The translations under genes and the position numbers were made by a program. 64,000 bases of DNA, taken from Nitrosomonadales bacterium (GTDB lineage: Bacteria > Pseudomonadota > Gammaproteobacteria > Burkholderiales > Gallionellaceae). The stretch is from positions 2,856 to 66,855 of the forward strand of contig JAHFRC010000002.1 in the NCBI GenBank assembly GCA_023259015.1, read 5' to 3'. Position 1 is the stretch's first letter; each line of letters starts with the position of its first letter. The notes beneath the pieces were generated by a model. That model ran no database searches and was not told the DNA's origin. It saw only the letters and a program-made list of their open reading frames with translations. Shown here in pieces: positions 59,711 to 64,000 of the stretch.

Positions 59711-60967
59711 GTGCGTATCAGTTCAAGCACCATTTATGATGTAAATGTTGCCACGCTGAATCAGCAGCAAAGCAAGATGCTGTATACCCAGCAGCAGATA
59801 TCCACGGGGCGGCGCTTGCTGACCGCAGCGGATGACCCGGCTGCCGCCGCGCGTGCTTTGGAACTGATGCAGTCCGATTCAGCCACAACCCAATATGCCA
59901 AAAATATTGATGCGACACAACATTTGCTTGCCTCCTCCGAAGGCACCCTGCAAACCGTCACCACGTTGTTGCAGGATGTCCATACGACCGCAGTCAATGC
60001 AGCCTCCATGACGCTGACGAATGTCGACCGGAAGATGCTTGCCGACGGCCTTCAGGGCCGCCTGGATGAATTAATTTCCCTGGCAAACACCACCGACGGC
60101 ATAGGAAATTACCTGTTTTCCGGTTTTCAGGGGAAAACGCAGCCTTTCACCAATACTGCTACCGGGGTGCAATACATGGGTGATGATGGGCAACGCCTGG
60201 GCCAGGTGAGTGCCAACCGGCAACTGGCAGGCAGTGATTCCGGCGCGGACATTTTCATGCGCATCAAGAATGGCAACGGGACATTTATTGCTCAAGCTCC
60301 CCAGGTTACAGTCCCTCAGATTACTCCGCTGAATACCGGGAGCGGCATTATCAGCCAGGGTATCGTGACTAACCCAGCGATGGTTACCGGCAATAACTAT
60401 AGGGTTGATTTTACCGTGGCGGCAGGAGTGACAACTTATACTGTCACTGACACTACCACCCTCACGCAAGTATTGCCACCACTACCTGCGACAGGCGTGC
60501 CTTTTGTAAGCGGGCAAGCCATCAGCTTTGATGGCATACAGTTCGATATTCAGGGCGCCCCCGCCAACGGTGATCAATTTACCATTACGCCGAGCGCTAA
60601 CGAGAGCGTGTTCAAGACCATTTCCGACCTGATCAATACATTAAATACACCCATCATTGCTGGCAATGCGGCAAGCAGCGCACAATTTACCGGCAACATG
60701 AACCATGCACTGAACAGCCTGGACAGGAGTCTGGACAAGGTGTTGACAGTGCGTGCCTCAATGGGTTCGCGCTTAAGCGAACTGGACACCTTGAAATCCA
60801 CGGGAGCAGACTTGAGCCTGCAGTACAATCAAGCCTTATCGTTATTGCAGGATGTGGACTACAACAAGGCAATCACCGATTTATCCCAGCAAAAAACCAC
60901 GCTGGAAGCCGCACAGAAATCCTTCTTGCAGGTGCAGAACCTGTCAATATTTAATTTCATGCCTTAA
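59711..60967 (+). CDS. flgL: Flagellar hook-associated protein 3 FlgL
   Basis: 418 aa from a GTG start. It has the flagellin-like termini MRISSSTIYD...QQQISTGRRL and ...TTLEAAQKSFLQVQNLSIFNFM. It follows flgK. Confidence 0.9.
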   Translation: MRISSSTIYDVNVATLNQQQSKMLYTQQQISTGRRLLTAADDPAAAARALELMQSDSATTQYAKNIDATQHLLASSEGTLQTVTTLLQDVHTTAVNAASMTLTNVDRKMLADGLQGRLDELISLANTTDGIGNYLFSGFQGKTQPFTNTATGVQYMGDDGQRLGQVSANRQLAGSDSGADIFMRIKNGNGTFIAQAPQVTVPQITPLNTGSGIISQGIVTNPAMVTGNNYRVDFTVAAGVTTYTVTDTTTLTQVLPPLPATGVPFVSGQAISFDGIQFDIQGAPANGDQFTITPSANESVFKTISDLINTLNTPIIAGNAASSAQFTGNMNHALNSLDRSLDKVLTVRASMGSRLSELDTLKSTGADLSLQYNQALSLLQDVDYNKAITDLSQQKTTLEAAQKSFLQVQNLSIFNFMP

Positions 60968-61086
60968 CGCTTATCCTGGTGAATAATTATCCGGGTGTCT
61001 CCGGCAAGGGTGAATGCATACCCTTCGGATAAGTAAGATGGAATTTTTTGCATCGCTCCAGAAATGCTGCCCGGAGAAGCATTCCA

Positions 61087-61902
61087 CTAGCGTTGACAAT
61101 TTGGGCAATAGAAGCTTGATCTCTGCCCTTGCCGGATTTGTTTGATAATTGCTCCGCATGCACGACATGGTTCACCAGCACGGCCATACACCCAGTAGTG
61201 CTGCTGGAAATATCCGGGATCACCGTTGCTGCCCACATAGTCGCGCAAGCTGCTGCCGCCAAGCCGTATCGCTTCTCCCAGTATTTCACGTATGGCCAGC
61301 ACCAGCCGTGAACAACGTGCGAGGCTTAACTTGTTTGCCGCCCGTTGCGGGCGGATGCCAGCGCGGAACAATGCTTCGCTGGCATAGATGTTGCCCACAC
61401 CTGCAATTACATGGCTATCCATGATAACCAGCTTGATTGCCGCGTTGCGCTTGTGCGTGGCACGGTGCAGATAGGCCGCGTCGAATTCATTTTCCAGCGG
61501 TTCCACGCCGAGGGGCGCCAGCAGCGGATGTTGTGCTGGATCCCCCTCATGCCACAACACCGCACCGAAACGGCGCGGGTCGCGCAGCCGCATCAGCAGT
61601 CCGTTTGCGATCAGCAGGTCGAAATGGTCATGTTTTTCTGCGGCGGCGCCGGCTGGCAATATACGCAGACTGCCGGACATGCCAAGATGCAATATTAGCG
61701 TGCCGCTGCCGCATTCGATGAGCAGGTATTTGGCGCGGCGGCGGATGGAATGTATGGTCTGGCCGCGCAATAGCCTGCGCAGGTTTTTGGGGATGGGCCA
61801 GCGCAGCCGGGAATTGCGGATTACCGCATCAGTAATGCGTTGCCCGGTCAAATGCGGCGCAAGGCCGCGCAGGGTGGTCTCGACTTCGGGGAGTTCGGGC
61901 AT
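61087..61902 (-). CDS. mutM: Formamidopyrimidine-DNA glycosylase
   Basis: 271 aa. The catalytic N-terminus is [10 protein letters not shown]2TH follows, and the C-terminal zinc finger is CRACG....[12 protein letters not shown]. Confidence 0.95.
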   Translation of the reverse strand: MPELPEVETTLRGLAPHLTGQRITDAVIRNSRLRWPIPKNLRRLLRGQTIHSIRRRAKYLLIECGSGTLILHLGMSGSLRILPAGAAAEKHDHFDLLIANGLLMRLRDPRRFGAVLWHEGDPAQHPLLAPLGVEPLENEFDAAYLHRATHKRNAAIKLVIMDSHVIAGVGNIYASEALFRAGIRPQRAANKLSLARCSRLVLAIREILGEAIRLGGSSLRDYVGSNGDPGYFQQHYWVYGRAGEPCRACGAIIKQIRQGQRSSFYCPNCQR

Positions 61903-62071
61903 GACAATTAATCAGCTATGGGATAGAGTGAATATATTCAAGAACAAAACTCAACAGTTAATGCCCGGCAGTTTTACATTGTGCAGAAGTTCGCTGCAAA
62001 CCTCTACAGGCGGCCGGAATCCAAGCGGTTCCCCCTGACACGCAACCAGCCTGACTAACCCCCCTGAAAAT

Positions 62072-63286
62072 ATGCATCCCCCGCTCACCCCGCAACGCGA
62101 GAACTACCTGCTGCTGACCCTAGCCGGCATCCAGTTCAGCCACATTCTCGATTTCATGATCATCATGCCGCTCGGACCTGTCCTGATAAGCGCGTTTTAT
62201 ATGGGCACGCATGAATTTGGCCTGCTTGTCGCGTCATACAGTTTCAGCGCCGCCTTGTCGGGATTGCTGGCCGCGACATTTGTGGATCGCTTCGAACGCA
62301 AGCGTCTGCTGCTGACCATACTTGTTCTTTTCGGCTTGGCGACGCTGGCGTGCGGCCTGGCCCCGGATTATGCCACACTGCTTGTCGCGCGCGGCATGGC
62401 AGGAGTATTCGGCGGCATAATGGGGGCAATGGTGCAAACCATCGTCGGCGATGTAATTCCGTTCGGACGGCGCGCACGCGCCAGCGGCGTGGTGTCAACG
62501 GCCTTTTCGCTCTCCACGGTTGCCGGTGTGCCGCTATCGCTGTGGCTGGCCAACCACATAGGATGGCGCGCACCCTTTGTCTTGATTGCGGTGATGGTCG
62601 TGTTGTTCGCCATCGCCGGCCTGCGCAACCTGCCCGAGTTGCGCCAGCACATCAGCACGGAAAAGCGCGTCCATACTTTTGCCGCAATGATTACCGTGTT
62701 GCGCGACTCCAACCATCTGCACGCCCTGCTGCTTTCATCACTGATCATTTTCTCCGGCTTCACGGTGATACCCTACATCACCCTTTACGCGGTAAGCAAC
62801 GTCGGAATTTCACAGCATGACATCCCGTTCGTTTACCTCGCAGGCGGCGCGGCAACATTGATTACTGCGCGGCGTATCGGCCATTGGGCCGACCTGCGCG
62901 GCAAGGTAAGAGTCTTCCGGTTGATTGCAGCAGCCGCACTGCTGCCGTTGTTCGCGGTAACCCGGATTGGAGTGGTGCCGCTTTGGTTGTGGCTGATCTG
63001 CACCACGGCATTTTTCGTGCTGGTATCGGGGCGCATGATCCCTGCGATAGCCATCGTCACCTCGGCTGCGCAGCCGAAACTTCGCGGCACTTTCATGTCG
63101 CTCAATGCCACAATGCAATCGTTCGCCATGGGCCTGGCCACCACACTGGCAGGATTTATCATTTCGCAAAACAGCGAAGGGCAAATCGTCGGGTATGCAA
63201 CGGTAGGGTATATAGCAATGGCGGTAAATATGCTGGCGATCCTGTTTGTTCCACGCATCGTGATGTATGATGCAAAGCAGGCCTGA
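62072..63286 (+). CDS. Major facilitator superfamily transporter
   Basis: 404 aa with about 12 hydrophobic helices. The MFS loop 2-3 motif is FVDRFERKRLLL. The substrate cannot be determined from sequence. Confidence 0.8.
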   Translation: MHPPLTPQRENYLLLTLAGIQFSHILDFMIIMPLGPVLISAFYMGTHEFGLLVASYSFSAALSGLLAATFVDRFERKRLLLTILVLFGLATLACGLAPDYATLLVARGMAGVFGGIMGAMVQTIVGDVIPFGRRARASGVVSTAFSLSTVAGVPLSLWLANHIGWRAPFVLIAVMVVLFAIAGLRNLPELRQHISTEKRVHTFAAMITVLRDSNHLHALLLSSLIIFSGFTVIPYITLYAVSNVGISQHDIPFVYLAGGAATLITARRIGHWADLRGKVRVFRLIAAAALLPLFAVTRIGVVPLWLWLICTTAFFVLVSGRMIPAIAIVTSAAQPKLRGTFMSLNATMQSFAMGLATTLAGFIISQNSEGQIVGYATVGYIAMAVNMLAILFVPRIVMYDAKQA

Positions 63287-63352
63287 CGGGCATGGCAGGT
63301 TTCATTAGCTCGGCGCCACGCAAGGCAGCGCGTGTTTACGCCATTTTCATGC

Positions 63353-64000
63353 TTACTGTCTCCTGCGCCACCATATCACACCACCCACCAGCAGCATCAG
63401 CAGCGGCAGGGCAAGCAGCAAGCCGCCGCCGATGATAGCAAGCCGGGTTTTGCTCAAGCTGACCGAGCCATCTTTCACCGCTCGCGGCTGGATGGAGATG
63501 AGTTCTTCTTCGTTGCTCAGCCAGTTCGCCATATTGATGCCGAGATCGAGATTGCCACCGTTGCCGGAATAGGCGTTGGCGAGAAATGAGCCGCTGCCGA
63601 CGATGGCGATGCGCTGCTCGCGGTCATTTATGTTGCGTTGCAGGGCAAGTGCGATGGTCGCCGGGCCGGGTACATCGCTATCCCTGTTAAATTTTGGTTT
63701 GTTTTGTGATGTGCGGCTGCTCACCCAGCCGCGCGGCGCGGCTTCCACCAACACCGTATGTTGCCACTCCGCGCGCTCTTCCCATCCGATGGCTCGTGCG
63801 GAAGGAAACGCAGTAATCAAATTGAAATTGCGCGTGACGGCATGCGGCGGATAACTCGTACCCAGCGCCCATGTTGCCGGAGCGCGCATCTCTTCGGCGG
63901 CTGGATCGATCACGATGCCGGGAGTAAGCAGTAACCCCAGTTTTTCAGCGAGCGACTCCAGCCCGTGCAACGGTTCGGCATCTACCAGCCACAACATGTT
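63353..64000 (-). CDS. GldG-like auxiliary component of an ABC-type transport system, C-terminal part (5' end outside the window)
   Basis: The frame is open to the window edge. The C-terminal TM anchor is LAIIGGGLLLALPLLMLLVGGVIWW. The body (IAIVGSGSFLANAYSGNGGNLDLGINMANWL) resembles the GldG / ABC-type uncharacterised transport family as I remember it. Confidence 0.5.
   Translation of the reverse strand, partial: NMLWLVDAEPLHGLESLAEKLGLLLTPGIVIDPAAEEMRAPATWALGTSYPPHAVTRNFNLITAFPSARAIGWEERAEWQHTVLVEAAPRGWVSSRTSQNKPKFNRDSDVPGPATIALALQRNINDREQRIAIVGSGSFLANAYSGNGGNLDLGINMANWLSNEEELISIQPRAVKDGSVSLSKTRLAIIGGGLLLALPLLMLLVGGVIWWRRRQ

Overview
This 64-kb chromosomal window is probably from a motile betaproteobacterium; that guess rests on gene order only, not on any search. 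Three blocks of the flagellar/chemotaxis regulon dominate it. (i) motB 3' end, a decayed MCP, cheV, cheV, cheY, cheZ, cheA, mcp, mcp (1-9193, + strand). (ii) fliE divergent from fliFGHIJKLMNOPQR (30469-41872). (iii) flgN, flgM and flgA on the minus strand, divergent from flgBCDEFGHIJKL (48737-60967). Core genes lie between these blocks. They are pabB, an Ala/Lys/Pro-repeat histone-H1-like protein, ampD, a PP0621-like/pilS/pilR unit, a NIT-domain chemoreceptor, topA-smg-dprA, a LysM protein, def-fmt-rsmB, DUF4390 with an NtrY-like kinase and a short response regulator, an LPS block (rfbBACD, waaA, a GT9 heptosyltransferase), mutM, an MFS transporter and a GldG-like 3' fragment. Four sites fit the sigma-28 (FliA) consensus TAAAGTTT-N11-GCCGATAA, upstream of the decayed MCP/cheV, the NIT-MCP, flgM and flgK. 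I recognised no rRNA, tRNA, CRISPR array, transposase, integrase or phage gene. I do not see a convincing multi-gene novel system. The least explained pieces are listed here.
- A ~500-bp ORF-free, hairpin-dense region between flgN and the LPS genes (48224-48736).
- A small AT-rich islet with an orphan ORF behind a perfect 16-bp palindrome (12192-12720).
- A near-perfect 30-bp tandem array encoding the H1-like protein.
- A che block with two CheV paralogues but no cheW, cheR or cheB.
- A multiply deleted and frameshifted MCP remnant.
All functional calls come from reading the supplied translations against remembered family motifs. No database search was run.
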